From positions 4,333 to 68,332 of the forward strand of contig JAWOJB010000025.1 in the NCBI GenBank assembly GCA_046484325.1: a DNA stretch of 64,000 bases, given 5' to 3'. Origin of the DNA: Acidimicrobiia bacterium (lineage in GTDB: Bacteria; Actinomycetota; Acidimicrobiia; Spongiisociales; ZC4RG35). Each line of letters begins with the position of its first letter. Positions within the stretch are counted from its first letter, which is position 1. Below the pieces are notes generated by a model, which was not told where the DNA came from, searched no databases, and was given only the letters and a program-made list of their open reading frames with translations. Shown here piece after piece: positions 29,657-39,362 of the stretch. The translations under genes and the position numbers were made by a program.

Positions 29657-31045
29657 TCAGGCCACCACCGGGACCCTGGCCATGGCCTCGGCGACCTTCT
29701 CCGCCGGGTAGTCGTAGTCGACGAGCCTCCCCTCGAGATAGGCCTGGTAGGCGGCGAGGTCGAAGTGGCCGTGGCCGCACAGGGCGGTGAGGATGACCTT
29801 CTCCTCGCCGCTCTCCTTGCATGCCAGTGCCTCGCGGACGGCGGCGGCGATGGCGTGAGTGGGTTCGGGGGCGGGCACGATCCCCTCGGTCCTGGCGAAC
29901 CGGACGGCGGCGTCGAAGCACTCGACCTGGCCGATGGCGATCGCCTCGACGAGCCCGAGCTCGTAGAGATGAGACACCAGGGGCGACATGCCGTGGTAGC
30001 GGAGGCCGCCGGCGTGGATCGGATCGGGGATGAAGTCGTGCCCAAGCGTGTGCATCTTCACGAGCGGGGTCATCCCCAGGGTGTCGCCGAAGTCATAGCG
30101 ATACTCGCCCTTCGTGAGCGACGGGCAGGCGGCCGGCTCGACGCAGCGGATCGTCGGGTTCATCCTCCCGGCCAGCTTCTCCCGCAGGAAGGGGAACGAG
30201 AGGCCGCCGAAGTTCGACCCGCCGCCGGTGCAGCCGACGAGGAGGTCGGGGGTCTCGCCGACCTTGGCGAGCTGGAGGAGCGCCTCCTCGCCGATGATCG
30301 TCTGGTGGAGGAGCACGTGGTTGAGGACCGAGCCGAGCGCGTACTTCGCGTGCGGATCCCGGACCGCCGCCTCCACCGCCTCGGAGATCGCGATGCCGAG
30401 CGAGCCGGTCGAGTCCGGATCACGGTCGAGGATCGCGCGCCCCGCATCGGTGACGTCCGACGGGGAAGGGTGCACCGTGGCACCCCACAGCTCCATGAGC
30501 GCCTTGCGATGGGGCTTCTGGTCGTAGCTGGCCCGGACCTGCCAGATCTCGCACTCCATCCCGTACTGGGCGGTGGCGAAGGCGAGGGCCGATCCCCACT
30601 GCCCCGCCCCGGTCTCGGTGGTCAGCTTCCGCGTGCCCTCGCCGGCGTTGTAGAAGGCCTGGGGGACGGCCGTGTTCGGCTTGTGGGAGCCGGCCGGAGA
30701 CACCCCCTCGTACTTGTAGTAGATGCGGGCGGGGGTGCCGAGCAGCCTCTCGAGCCGGTGTGCCCGGTAGAGCGGCGACGGGCGCCACAGCCGGTAGACG
30801 TCCAGCACCTCGCCGGGGATGTCGACGTACCGCTCACCGGTGACCTCCTGGAGGATGAGCGCCATCGGGAACAGCGGAGCGAGGTCGTCGGGCCCGATCG
30901 GCTGATGTGTGCCCGGATGGAGGGGCGGGGGTGGCGGGGAGGGGAGATCGGGGACGAGGTTGTACCAGGCGGTCGGCATCTCCGACTCGTCCAGCAGGAT
31001 CTTGGTGTACTCCGCCATGGCGTCCTCCTCGTCGACCGTCGTCAC
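29657..31045 (-). CDS. trpB2: TrpB2-type tryptophan synthase beta-like PLP enzyme (stand-alone; no trpA nearby)
   Basis: 462-aa ORF. PLP-lysine motif GSHKPNTA, then GGGSNFGG. The long N-terminal extension is typical of TrpB2. Confidence 0.85.
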   Translation of the reverse strand: MTTVDEEDAMAEYTKILLDESEMPTAWYNLVPDLPSPPPPPLHPGTHQPIGPDDLAPLFPMALILQEVTGERYVDIPGEVLDVYRLWRPSPLYRAHRLERLLGTPARIYYKYEGVSPAGSHKPNTAVPQAFYNAGEGTRKLTTETGAGQWGSALAFATAQYGMECEIWQVRASYDQKPHRKALMELWGATVHPSPSDVTDAGRAILDRDPDSTGSLGIAISEAVEAAVRDPHAKYALGSVLNHVLLHQTIIGEEALLQLAKVGETPDLLVGCTGGGSNFGGLSFPFLREKLAGRMNPTIRCVEPAACPSLTKGEYRYDFGDTLGMTPLVKMHTLGHDFIPDPIHAGGLRYHGMSPLVSHLYELGLVEAIAIGQVECFDAAVRFARTEGIVPAPEPTHAIAAAVREALACKESGEEKVILTALCGHGHFDLAAYQAYLEGRLVDYDYPAEKVAEAMARVPVVA

Positions 31046-31074
31046 GAAGCTAGCCGGACCGCACGGCGTCGGGC

Positions 31075-31464
31075 TCAGGCCGGTCGCTCGAGGAAGCGCC
31101 GCCGGTCCACCACCACCCTCGTCACCGACCCCCTCGCCACCTCGACCCCCTCATCGGTGACCCACACCCGGAAGCCCAGCCGGCGGCCGTCGACCACCGT
31201 GAGCTCGGCTCCTGCGACGATCTCGGCCCCGATGCCGCTGGGGGCGAGATGCGAGAGCTCCACCTGCACCCCCACCGAAGTCGCCGACGGATCGAGGTGG
31301 GGGGCAACCGCGGCGACCGTCGCCTCTTCGCAAAGCGCCACCAGCCGGGGAGTGCCGACGACCGGGAGGTCGCCCGAGCCGAGGGCGATCGCCGTGTCGG
31401 ATGGGTCGACGGTGAGGCGCACCTCGGCCATCGCCCCCACCGGAAAGACACCACTGCCCGACAT
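31075..31464 (-). CDS. Hot-dog fold thioesterase
   Basis: ATG at 31464 lies 5 nt after AAGGAGG. The 129-aa product ([36 protein letters not shown]...) resembles the fluoroacetyl-CoA/4HBT thioesterase family. Confidence 0.6.
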   Translation of the reverse strand: MSGSGVFPVGAMAEVRLTVDPSDTAIALGSGDLPVVGTPRLVALCEEATVAAVAPHLDPSATSVGVQVELSHLAPSGIGAEIVAGAELTVVDGRRLGFRVWVTDEGVEVARGSVTRVVVDRRRFLERPA

Positions 31465-31489
31465 CACGACCTCCTTCGTAGGGGGAACC

Positions 31490-33355
31490 ATGCCACCGTG
31501 GGCGGGGGATTCCGAGACTTCCGACCCTTGCCTCGCCCGGGTCGGGCTGGTGGACTGGCGGCACCACGGCCCGAGGAACGGAGGCGGCCCCCTGATCCAC
31601 GATCTCATCATCGTCGGCGGGACGCCGGCCGGAATCTCGCTCGCCGCCGAAGCACGCAAGGCCGGCCTCGACGACCTGCTCATCATCGAGTCGGGGGATG
31701 CGGTGGCACCGCCCGATGCTCCCGGCCGGTACCGCCTCGAGGTTCGCTTCGGTGACCCAGTCGAGCGCATCGTGGAGCGCGACGACACCCTCCTGGTCGT
31801 GGAGACAGCAGGCGAGAGCTTCCTCACCCGGGTCTGCGCGGTTGCCGAGCGAGCCGAGGTCACCCCCGTGCGTCCGGACTTCGAGCTCCCCGCCACGCTC
31901 GTCTCGCGGATCCACTTCGGCACCTCGGGCTTCGCCGCACGGGACGAGGACGTCTTGATCGTGGGCCGCGGGGAGCGGGCCATCGAGGCGCTGTGCGACC
32001 TGGTGGGCCGGGGCGGCCACACCGTGCTCTGCTTCATCGGCGACTTCGGTGAGCTCTCCTCCGAGAGCCGCCGGGCGCTGACGGCGATCGAGCGCGAGCA
32101 GCGGGCGACGATCCTGTGGCAGTCGCAGCCCGGCGGCATCGACGACGTCGGCGGGTTCCCGATGGCGGTCTTCCCCGATCGACAAACCCCCGACCTCCAG
32201 TTCGACCACGTGGTCTTCACCCTGGGGGTCGAGACGGCCCCGGGAACGGTGGGAGTGCCGGAGGTGCGTACCCGGACCGTTCCCCCGACCGGGCTCTTCC
32301 TGCTCGAGGACGTGGACCTCGCCCATGCCGCTGCCACCGGAGTTCCGTTCCGGGTAATCCCGGCGGCGCGGGCCTGGGCTCGGATCCGGGAGGAGCGGTT
32401 CCCCCACCTGCCCGCCCCACCGGCCCGTCGCCCGGTGCCGCTGGACGCCCGACGGGTCGAGCACCTCCGTGCCGAGCACTACAACGCCACGATCACCTCG
32501 TTCGACCCGGCTCACTCCGTCCTCTGGCGGATCGGCATCCGTCCGGATTCCGGAGACGTGGCGCATCGGGCCGGCCAGTACGTCACCCTCGGTCTCGGCT
32601 ACTGGGAGCCGAGGATCGACGATGCGCCCGACCCGATCGACGAGGCCGCGCGGGAGCGGCTCATCCGCCGCTCGTACTCGATCTCGAGCCCCATCTTCGA
32701 CTCCATCGGCTACCTGGCCGACCCGATCACCGCCGACGAGATCGAGCTCTACGTCGTCCTCGTCCCGCCCGGGGACGACACGACGCCCGCCCTCACCCCC
32801 CGGCTGGCGCTCAAGCACATCGGAGATCGGGTCTACCTGGGTCCCAAGGTGGCCGGCCGGTACACCCTCGACCCGGTGGACGATCCCTTGGCACCGGTGG
32901 TGTTCCTCGCCACCGGAACCGGCGAGGCCCCCCACAACGCGATGGTGGTGGAGCTCCTGCGCAAGGGGCACCACGGCCCGATCGTCTCGGCGGTCTCGGT
33001 CAGGCTGAGCACCGACCTGGCCTACACCGACGAGCACCGGCGCCTCATGGAACGGCACGCAAACTACCGCTACCTGGGCGTTGCCACCCGCGACCCCGGG
33101 ATCGGGCGCAAGCGCTACCTCCAGGACCTCATCGTCGACGGGACCATCGAGGAAGCGTTGGGCACCGACCTCGACCCGCGCCGGGCCCACGTATTCATCT
33201 GCGGCAACCCGGCCATGATCGGCATCCCGGAGTGGGACGGATCGACGCCGCGGTTCCCCGACGACCTCGGCGCGTGCCGGATCCTGTACGAGCGCGGGTT
33301 CCGGCTCGACCGGCGCGGCGTGCGCGGACGCGTGCATTACGAGGAGTACTGGTAG
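31490..33355 (+). CDS. Two-module flavoprotein: N-terminal pyridine-nucleotide-disulfide-oxidoreductase-like domain fused to a C-terminal ferredoxin--NADP+ reductase domain
   Basis: Distal 621 codons of track ORF 29654..33355 (ATG at 31490 after GGGGG). N-terminal part has HDLIIVGGTPAG and LIVGRGERAIE. C-terminal part has RSYSISS (FAD), ATGTGEAP (NADP), ICGNPAM and a terminal YEEYW. Confidence 0.7.
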   Translation: MPPWAGDSETSDPCLARVGLVDWRHHGPRNGGGPLIHDLIIVGGTPAGISLAAEARKAGLDDLLIIESGDAVAPPDAPGRYRLEVRFGDPVERIVERDDTLLVVETAGESFLTRVCAVAERAEVTPVRPDFELPATLVSRIHFGTSGFAARDEDVLIVGRGERAIEALCDLVGRGGHTVLCFIGDFGELSSESRRALTAIEREQRATILWQSQPGGIDDVGGFPMAVFPDRQTPDLQFDHVVFTLGVETAPGTVGVPEVRTRTVPPTGLFLLEDVDLAHAAATGVPFRVIPAARAWARIREERFPHLPAPPARRPVPLDARRVEHLRAEHYNATITSFDPAHSVLWRIGIRPDSGDVAHRAGQYVTLGLGYWEPRIDDAPDPIDEAARERLIRRSYSISSPIFDSIGYLADPITADEIELYVVLVPPGDDTTPALTPRLALKHIGDRVYLGPKVAGRYTLDPVDDPLAPVVFLATGTGEAPHNAMVVELLRKGHHGPIVSAVSVRLSTDLAYTDEHRRLMERHANYRYLGVATRDPGIGRKRYLQDLIVDGTIEEALGTDLDPRRAHVFICGNPAMIGIPEWDGSTPRFPDDLGACRILYERGFRLDRRGVRGRVHYEEYW

Positions 33356-33530
33356 GCCCCGCGGGGTCCGGAGTCATACGATCGGAAGGACGACCGCCAC
33401 GGCGGGTCGGAGCGATCATCGGGCTGAGTGATGGACAATCGGCCCGGGATCGCTCGATGGCGGGGTGAGCCGACGGCTGGTCGACGGCGCCGTCCGCCTG
33501 CCATGCCGGCGCCGGCACCGACGGAGGTGA

Positions 33531-34722
33531 GGACGTGAGTTCACAGTCGTGATCTGGGTCGATCGGGCCATCGAAGGACGCAACTCTTTCGTAGAACTGA
33601 TGCGGAGCCGGGCTGTGGAGGTGCCCCTGGCCGAGGAGCACTTCGCCGAGGCCCTCGCCACCGACGGCACCAAGGACTTCGTGCTCGACCACATCCTGGG
33701 CGAGCGGATGGTGGGCACGCACGGCGCACGAGGGGCACGGGAGGCCTTCGGCGAGGCGGCGCCCGCCGAGACCGCCGACATCCTCATCGGCGGCCTCACC
33801 AGGAGCGACGTCCGGCGGGACATCGGCGGTCTGCTGTACCCAGGCCTCCGACCCACGGCGATGATCATCCCCCGCTCCCAACTTCCTCATCCAGAGCGAT
33901 CCCTCGTGCTGGATTCACGGCGATGTCACACTCAACCCGATGGCCAAGCCCGCCAGGAAGCCGGAGACGATGCATGTCGAGACCATGTACCGGTTCCATC
34001 CGAGGTTCGTCGGACGGCGGCGTCGAGGTCTGGCTGGGTGGTGCCGGCCAGGACTCGGGACGAGCCACCATCGAGGGCGGCGACGTCGAGGTGATAGGCA
34101 CCAAGAAGGTGATGATCGGGATGGGAGAGCGGATCACCCCGCAAGCCGTGTCCATGCTGTCCCGCCGGCTCTTCGCCGCCGACCAGGCCGACGAGGTGCT
34201 GACGGTGAGCCTGCCCAAGCACCGTGCCTACATGCATCTCGACACCGTGATGACGGTGGTCGATCGTGATGCGATCACCGCCTTCCCCACGGTGGTGGAC
34301 GAAGCCCGCCTCTGGTCGGTGCGGCCCGGTGACTCCGCCGAGGACGGCGTCATCGAACGGGTCGATGCCAACCTGCCCACCGCGATGGGCCGTGCCCTCG
34401 GGTCGACATCCATGTCGTCACGACGGGTGGCGACGCCTTCGAGGCGGAGCGAGAGCAGGGCGACGACGGCGACAACGTGGTGGCGCTCGAGCCGGACCTC
34501 GTCGTGGCCTACGAACGGAACACCGCCACCAACGCCACGCTTCGCAAGGCCGGGATCGAAGTCCTCGAGAGCGCCGGCAACGAGCTCGGACGAGGGCGCG
34601 GCGGCGGCCACTGCATGACCTGCCCGATCGACCTCGAGAGCGCGGCCCAACCCAAGGAGACGCAACATGCCACACGACCTCAAGAACCGCAGCTTCGTGA
34701 AGGAGATCGACTTCACACCTGA
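33531..34722 (+). pseudogene. arcA: Arginine deiminase pseudogene with at least three frameshifts; N-terminal ~45 codons not recognisable
   Basis: ArcA-like segments lie in three frames. The first is VIWVDRA...ADILIGGL...AMIIP. The second is PNFLIQSDPSCWIHGDVTLNPMAKPARKPETMHVETMYRFHPRF. The third is ATIEGGDVEVIGTKKVMIGMGERITPQA...LPKHRAYMHLDTVMTVVDRD. The last is [36 protein letters not shown]...[13 protein letters not shown]. The first shift sits at a C5 run (33869-33873). Confidence 0.8.
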
Positions 34723-35665
34723 CGAGTTCACCTTCCTCCTCGACCTGGCCGAGGACCTCAAGGCTGCCAAGTACGCCGGGACCGAGCGGCCCCGACTCAC
34801 CGGACGGAACATCGCGCTCGTGTTCGAGAAGACGTCGACGCGCACCCGGGCGGCCTTCGAGGTGGCCTCCTACGACCAGGGCGCCCGGGTGACCTACCTC
34901 GACCCTTCCTCGTCCCAGATGGGGCACAAGGAGTCGACGGCCGACACTGCCAGAGTGCTCGGCCGCATGTACGACGCCATCGAGTACCGCGGCAAGGCCC
35001 AGGCGGTCGTCGAGGAGCTGGCCGCCTACGCAGGGGTGCCGGTCTACAACGGGCTCACCGACGAGTGGCACCCGACCCAGATGCTCGCCGACTTCCTCAC
35101 GATGCACGAGGCGTCGGGCAAGCGGTACCACGAGATCTCCTACGCGTTCGTGGGCGATCTCCGCTTCAACATGGGCCGCTCACTCCTCGTCACCGGTGCC
35201 CTGCTCGGCTCCGACGTGCGCTTGGTCGGCCCCAGGGAGATGTTCCCCCCGGAGGACGTCGTGAAGATCGCCCACGAGCTGGCAGAGCGGTCCGGGGCGA
35301 AGATCACGATCACCGACGATCTCGAAGCCGTCGAGGGTGTCGACTTCATCCACACCGACGTATGGGTGTCCATGGGTGAGCCCAAGGAGGTGTGGAAGGA
35401 GCGCGTCGCCGAGTTCAAGGGCTACCAGGTCAACGCCGCGTTGTTCGACCGAACCGGAAACCCTCACGCCAGGTTCATGCACTGTCTCCCCGCATTCCAC
35501 GACACGAACACCGTCGTCGGCAGGGAAATGATGGAGGCGACCGGCATGCCAGAAGGGTTGGAGGTCACCAACGCGGTGTTCGAGTCGGCCAGATCGATCG
35601 TGTTCGACCAGGCCGAGAACCGGCTCCACACCATCAAGGCGATCCTGGTCGCGACCCTCGCGTGA
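34667..35665 (+). CDS. arcB: Ornithine carbamoyltransferase (intact)
   Basis: 332-aa ORF with [17 protein letters not shown] and HCLP motifs. Confidence 0.9.
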   Translation: MPHDLKNRSFVKEIDFTPDEFTFLLDLAEDLKAAKYAGTERPRLTGRNIALVFEKTSTRTRAAFEVASYDQGARVTYLDPSSSQMGHKESTADTARVLGRMYDAIEYRGKAQAVVEELAAYAGVPVYNGLTDEWHPTQMLADFLTMHEASGKRYHEISYAFVGDLRFNMGRSLLVTGALLGSDVRLVGPREMFPPEDVVKIAHELAERSGAKITITDDLEAVEGVDFIHTDVWVSMGEPKEVWKERVAEFKGYQVNAALFDRTGNPHARFMHCLPAFHDTNTVVGREMMEATGMPEGLEVTNAVFESARSIVFDQAENRLHTIKAILVATLA

Positions 35666-35697
35666 CGACGAGGCCGTCGGGCGACGGAGAACGGCGA

Positions 35698-36264
35698 TCA
35701 GGAGGCCGCGAGCTTGGGGGTCCGCAATCCCTGGAAGAGGAGGATTCCGCCCGAGACGAGCGACCAGATCCCGATCAGCCAGACGAGCACCGCCACGGTG
35801 GTTCCCGGCCAGGCGAGCGCGATGATCCCGAAGATCACCGAGACGGCCCCGCTGAGCATCGCCGGCCCCCGCGGTGAGCCGGCCTTGCCGAACAGGCCGA
35901 GCACGAACTCGATGATCCCCCCAACCACCCAGAAGATCCCGATGATGACAACGATGGCCTCGACAGCCTGGAGCGGCCGGCCGAACACCGCCACTCCGGC
36001 CAGCATCGCCAGCACCCCCAACAGCAACCCGAGCAGCTTCGCACCCACGGAGGTGTCGTCCCGAAAGCTCGCCACCAGGATGACGATGCCGATCACGATC
36101 AGATCGATGCCCAGCAGGATGGCCAGGACAGTCACCGAGATCTTCGGCCAGATCAGCAGGATCGCTCCGATGACGATCGACACGATCCCTCCCGAGATCA
36201 GCAGCGAGCGGGTGTCCCGAACGTAGGGGTAGGCGGTCATCTCATCCGTCACGGACGAGGCCAC
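35698..36264 (-). CDS. hdeD: HdeD/DUF308-family membrane protein; start uncertain (GTG 36264 or ATG 36240)
   Basis: 188-aa ORF. Six hydrophobic helices with the repeated G-x-x-x-I-x-G-I pattern typical of DUF308. Confidence 0.65.
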   Translation of the reverse strand: MASSVTDEMTAYPYVRDTRSLLISGGIVSIVIGAILLIWPKISVTVLAILLGIDLIVIGIVILVASFRDDTSVGAKLLGLLLGVLAMLAGVAVFGRPLQAVEAIVVIIGIFWVVGGIIEFVLGLFGKAGSPRGPAMLSGAVSVIFGIIALAWPGTTVAVLVWLIGIWSLVSGGILLFQGLRTPKLAAS

Positions 36265-36319
36265 CGGTCAACCGGACGATGCCGAGCACGGCATAGAGTC
36301 ACGGCCATAGGAGGCGACG

Positions 36320-36994
36320 GTGGATCCACACGAGATCGAGGCGGCACTGGGCAGGGCGGAGGCGGCCACGGCCGGCGGCGGAGGGGTCGGCGGCACCGGG
36401 TTCTGGAAGGCGGTCGGTGCCGTAAAGCGTGACCCCACCCTCGTCGAGGAGCACGCCGGCCGGATCGGCAGGATCGACCGCCGGGCGTTCGAGAACTGGG
36501 CCATGATCAAGATCGGCGCCGCCGTGGGCACCACCCTGGCGGTCCTCGGCACCGTCGCAGGGCTGATGCTGGTGCTGGCCGCGTACTACACCGACGATCC
36601 CTGGAACGGCGTCCTGCTCGTGGCCGGGACCGGCGTGACCATCGTCACCACCCACGGGCTCACCCACCTGGCGGTGGGACGCCTGTTCGGCATGCGGTTC
36701 ACCCACTGGTTCGTCGCCGGGTTCAGAGCGCCCCAGCCGGGAGTGAAGGTGGACTACGCCTCGTATCTACGGGTGCCGGCCAGGCGTCGGGCATGGATGC
36801 ACGTCTCTGCGCCCATCGTCACGAAGGTGATCCCGTTCCTGGCCCTCGGACCGGCCCTGGTCATCCCGGTTGCATGGTGGGCGACGGCGACGCTCGTCGT
36901 CATCGGCCTCGTCCAGATCGCCACCGACCTGGCGTTCTCGACGAAGACCTCGGATTGGAAGAAGTACCGCCGCGAGATGTCCTACGCCGACTGA
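36320..36994 (+). CDS. Integral membrane protein, unknown function
   Basis: GTG at 36320 lies 5 nt after AGGAGG. 224 aa, soluble N-terminal ~60 aa, then 4-5 TM helices. Ends 12 nt before paaK. Confidence 0.5.
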   Translation: MDPHEIEAALGRAEAATAGGGGVGGTGFWKAVGAVKRDPTLVEEHAGRIGRIDRRAFENWAMIKIGAAVGTTLAVLGTVAGLMLVLAAYYTDDPWNGVLLVAGTGVTIVTTHGLTHLAVGRLFGMRFTHWFVAGFRAPQPGVKVDYASYLRVPARRRAWMHVSAPIVTKVIPFLALGPALVIPVAWWATATLVVIGLVQIATDLAFSTKTSDWKKYRREMSYAD

Positions 36995-37006
36995 GGGAGC
37001 CGCCCG

Positions 37007-38308
37007 ATGTTCCAACCAGAGGTCGAGACCCTCCCCCGCCCCGAGCTCGAGCATCTCCAGTCCGAGCGGCTGCGATCCATCGTGGAACGGCTTCGATTGG
37101 CCGAGGCGCCGTACTGGCAGGAGAAGCTGGCCGGTGTAGGGCACGTCGACGCGCTCGACGATCTGCCCTCCCTCCCGTTCACGGTCAAGAAGGAATTTCG
37201 CGATGCCTATCCCTACGGCATGCTCTCGGTTCCCCTGGGCGAGGTGGTCAGGGTGCACGCTTCGTCGGGCACGTCGGGCAAGCCGACCGTCATGGCGTAC
37301 ACCGAGCACGATGTCCGGGTGTTCGCCGAGGTCAACGCCAGGGCGCTCGGCTGCGCCGGCGGCACCGGCGACGACGTAATCCACGTCGCCTACGGGTACG
37401 GCCTGTTCACCGGTGGGCTCGGGCTCCACTTCGGGGTCGAGGCCCTCGGAGCGGTGGCGGTCCCGGCTTCGGGCGGGAACCCCGGATTCCAGATCGGCCT
37501 CATGGCCGATCTGGGAGCCACCGGGCTCGCCTGTACGCCCTCGTTCGCCCTCCTGCTGGCCGAGCGAGCCGCCCATGAGGGAAAGCTCGACGAGATCCGG
37601 CTGCGGTGGGGCATCCACGGCGCCGAACCGTGGTCGGAGGGCATGCGCGACAAGATCGAGGAGGCCTGGGGTGGCTCGTACGACGCCTGTGACATCTACG
37701 GGCTGTCCGAGGTGATCGGACCCGGCGTCGCCGCCGAGTGCCACGAGAACAAGGGCGGGATGCATGTCTTCGAGGACCACTTCCTCGTGGAGATCGTGGA
37801 TCCCGAGACGGGTGAGCCCGTACCCGACGGGGAACCGGGTGAGCTCGTCATCACCACCCTCACCAAGCAGGCGATGCCCACCATCCGCTACCGCACCCGT
37901 GACATCACCCGGTTCCTGCCCGGCGGCTGCCGCTGCGGCCGCACCGGCCGGCGGATCGGCCGGCTCGAGGGACGGGCGGACGACATGCTCATCATCCGGG
38001 GGATCAATGTCTATCCACGGGAGATCGAGACGGTCCTGATGGCCGACCCGGACGTGGGAGGCCAGTTCGCCATCGTCGTCGACCGTCGGGGTCCGCTGCC
38101 CGAGCTCCAGGCCAAGGTCGAGGTCGCAGGCGCCCACCTCGTGGACCGCCGCGGCGAGATCGCCGCCCGGCTCCAGGGCAAGCTGCTCGAGACGGTCCGC
38201 CTGCGGGTCGAGGTCGAGGTGCTCGAACCGGGGACGCTCCCCCGCCAGGAGGTCGGCAAGGCCAGGAGGGTGTTCGAGCGGACCGCCGAGGCCGACCCTC
38301 TCGGCTGA
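37007..38308 (+). CDS. paaK: Phenylacetate--CoA ligase
   Basis: 433-aa ORF. SSGTSGKPT, YGLSEVIGPGV and IRGINVYPREIE motifs of PaaK. Confidence 0.9.
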   Translation: MFQPEVETLPRPELEHLQSERLRSIVERLRLAEAPYWQEKLAGVGHVDALDDLPSLPFTVKKEFRDAYPYGMLSVPLGEVVRVHASSGTSGKPTVMAYTEHDVRVFAEVNARALGCAGGTGDDVIHVAYGYGLFTGGLGLHFGVEALGAVAVPASGGNPGFQIGLMADLGATGLACTPSFALLLAERAAHEGKLDEIRLRWGIHGAEPWSEGMRDKIEEAWGGSYDACDIYGLSEVIGPGVAAECHENKGGMHVFEDHFLVEIVDPETGEPVPDGEPGELVITTLTKQAMPTIRYRTRDITRFLPGGCRCGRTGRRIGRLEGRADDMLIIRGINVYPREIETVLMADPDVGGQFAIVVDRRGPLPELQAKVEVAGAHLVDRRGEIAARLQGKLLETVRLRVEVEVLEPGTLPRQEVGKARRVFERTAEADPLG

Positions 38309-38359
38309 TTCGCGCCTCGGAGCGGTGACGTGCCAGAGTCGTCCTCGGAGGTGCGAGTC

Positions 38360-38764
38360 ATGAAGGTTGCGTACGTGTTCAACAGCCCGCGGGCGGCCAG
38401 CTACAAGCTGGGACAGATGATCCTTCCCCAGCTCGAGGCCGGGACCCACGGGGTCGAGGTCGTGGGCATGTTCTTCTTCGACGACAACGCCTTCGTGCTC
38501 CGGGCTGGAGACCCCATCGGCGAGCGGCTGGCGGCGGTGGCGGCCGAAACCGGCATGCTGCTGATGATGTGCGATATGTGCGCCCTCGAGCGCCACCTCG
38601 CCGAGGGCCAGCCCCGGTGGTGCGACCCTGCGACCGGTGTCGGACGGACCGAACCCGCCGAGTGCCACACGGTGGACACCGTGGCGGGGGCCGAGGTGGG
38701 CTGCTTCCCCGACCTCTATGCCGCCCTCGCCGGCAACCCGCCGGACCAGGTGATCAGCCTGTAG
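38360..38764 (+). CDS. DsrE/DsrF-like family protein
   Basis: ATG at 38360 lies 6 nt after GGAGGTG. MKVAYVFNSP...GVEVVGMFFFDDNAFVL...MCDMCALERHL fits the DsrE fold pattern. 134 aa. Confidence 0.55.
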   Translation: MKVAYVFNSPRAASYKLGQMILPQLEAGTHGVEVVGMFFFDDNAFVLRAGDPIGERLAAVAAETGMLLMMCDMCALERHLAEGQPRWCDPATGVGRTEPAECHTVDTVAGAEVGCFPDLYAALAGNPPDQVISL

Positions 38765-39362
38765 GGAACGGTTCCCCGCCGATCCCCTCCCAGACGAACC
38801 GGGTGAGCTCGACCACGAGGGATTGGCGGTCGAGCAGCCCCTCCGGCCGGTACCACCGCTCGATGGCGTTGAGGATCGAGAGCACGAAGATGGCGGCGAG
38901 CTTCGGGTCGAGCCCGGCCCGGAACGTCCCGGAGCCGATCCCCCGCCGGATCACGTCCCGGAAGGCCGATTCGTACCGGTCACGGGCCTCGATGACCCGG
39001 GCGCGCCGGTCGTCGTCGAGGGCATCGGCCTCGTAGAGGAAGGTCCGCACCTCGTCCCGATGGTCGAGGACGACGGCGACATGGCCGGCGAGCAGGGACC
39101 GGAACTGATCCTCGGGCCGGCCGGGCCCGGCAAGGGCGGCGTCGGCGGCGGCCTGGAACAGGACGGCACCGCGTTCGACCACCTCGACGAGCAGCTCCTC
39201 CTTCGAGCCGACGTGGGAGTACAGCGACGACCCCAGCAGCCCGAGCTCGCGGCCGAGGTCGCGCATCGAGGTGCCGTGGTAGCCCCGCTCGGCGAAGAGC
39301 CGGCCGGCAGCTCGGACCACGTCCTCCCGGCTGTTGCGGACGGCGGCCGCCCCTCGGCTCAT
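38754..39362 (-). CDS. paaR: TetR-family transcriptional regulator, last gene of the paa operon (PaaR-like)
   Basis: ATG at 39362 overlaps the paaE stop (ATGA). HTH region GYHGTSMRDLGRELGLLGSSLYSHVGSKEEL. Confidence 0.8.
   Translation of the reverse strand: MSRGAAAVRNSREDVVRAAGRLFAERGYHGTSMRDLGRELGLLGSSLYSHVGSKEELLVEVVERGAVLFQAAADAALAGPGRPEDQFRSLLAGHVAVVLDHRDEVRTFLYEADALDDDRRARVIEARDRYESAFRDVIRRGIGSGTFRAGLDPKLAAIFVLSILNAIERWYRPEGLLDRQSLVVELTRFVWEGIGGEPFPTG

Noticed and set aside
29654-31489. 5' two-thirds... i.e. the first 612 codons of the 1233-aa plus-strand ORF 29654..33355
   Set aside because: This part is antisense to trpB2 and the thioesterase gene and has no motifs. Only the region from ATG 31490 onward shows flavoprotein and FNR signatures.
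33360-33530. Possible short ORF or arcA N-terminus (MDNRPGIARW..., or the frame reading GGVSRRLVDGAVRLP...)
   Set aside because: Similarity to the ArcA N-terminus is too weak to assert by eye. It is treated as degenerate leader or pseudogene sequence.
36767-38668. 633-aa minus-strand ORF
   Set aside because: Antisense to paaK and the DsrE-like gene. No recognisable domains.
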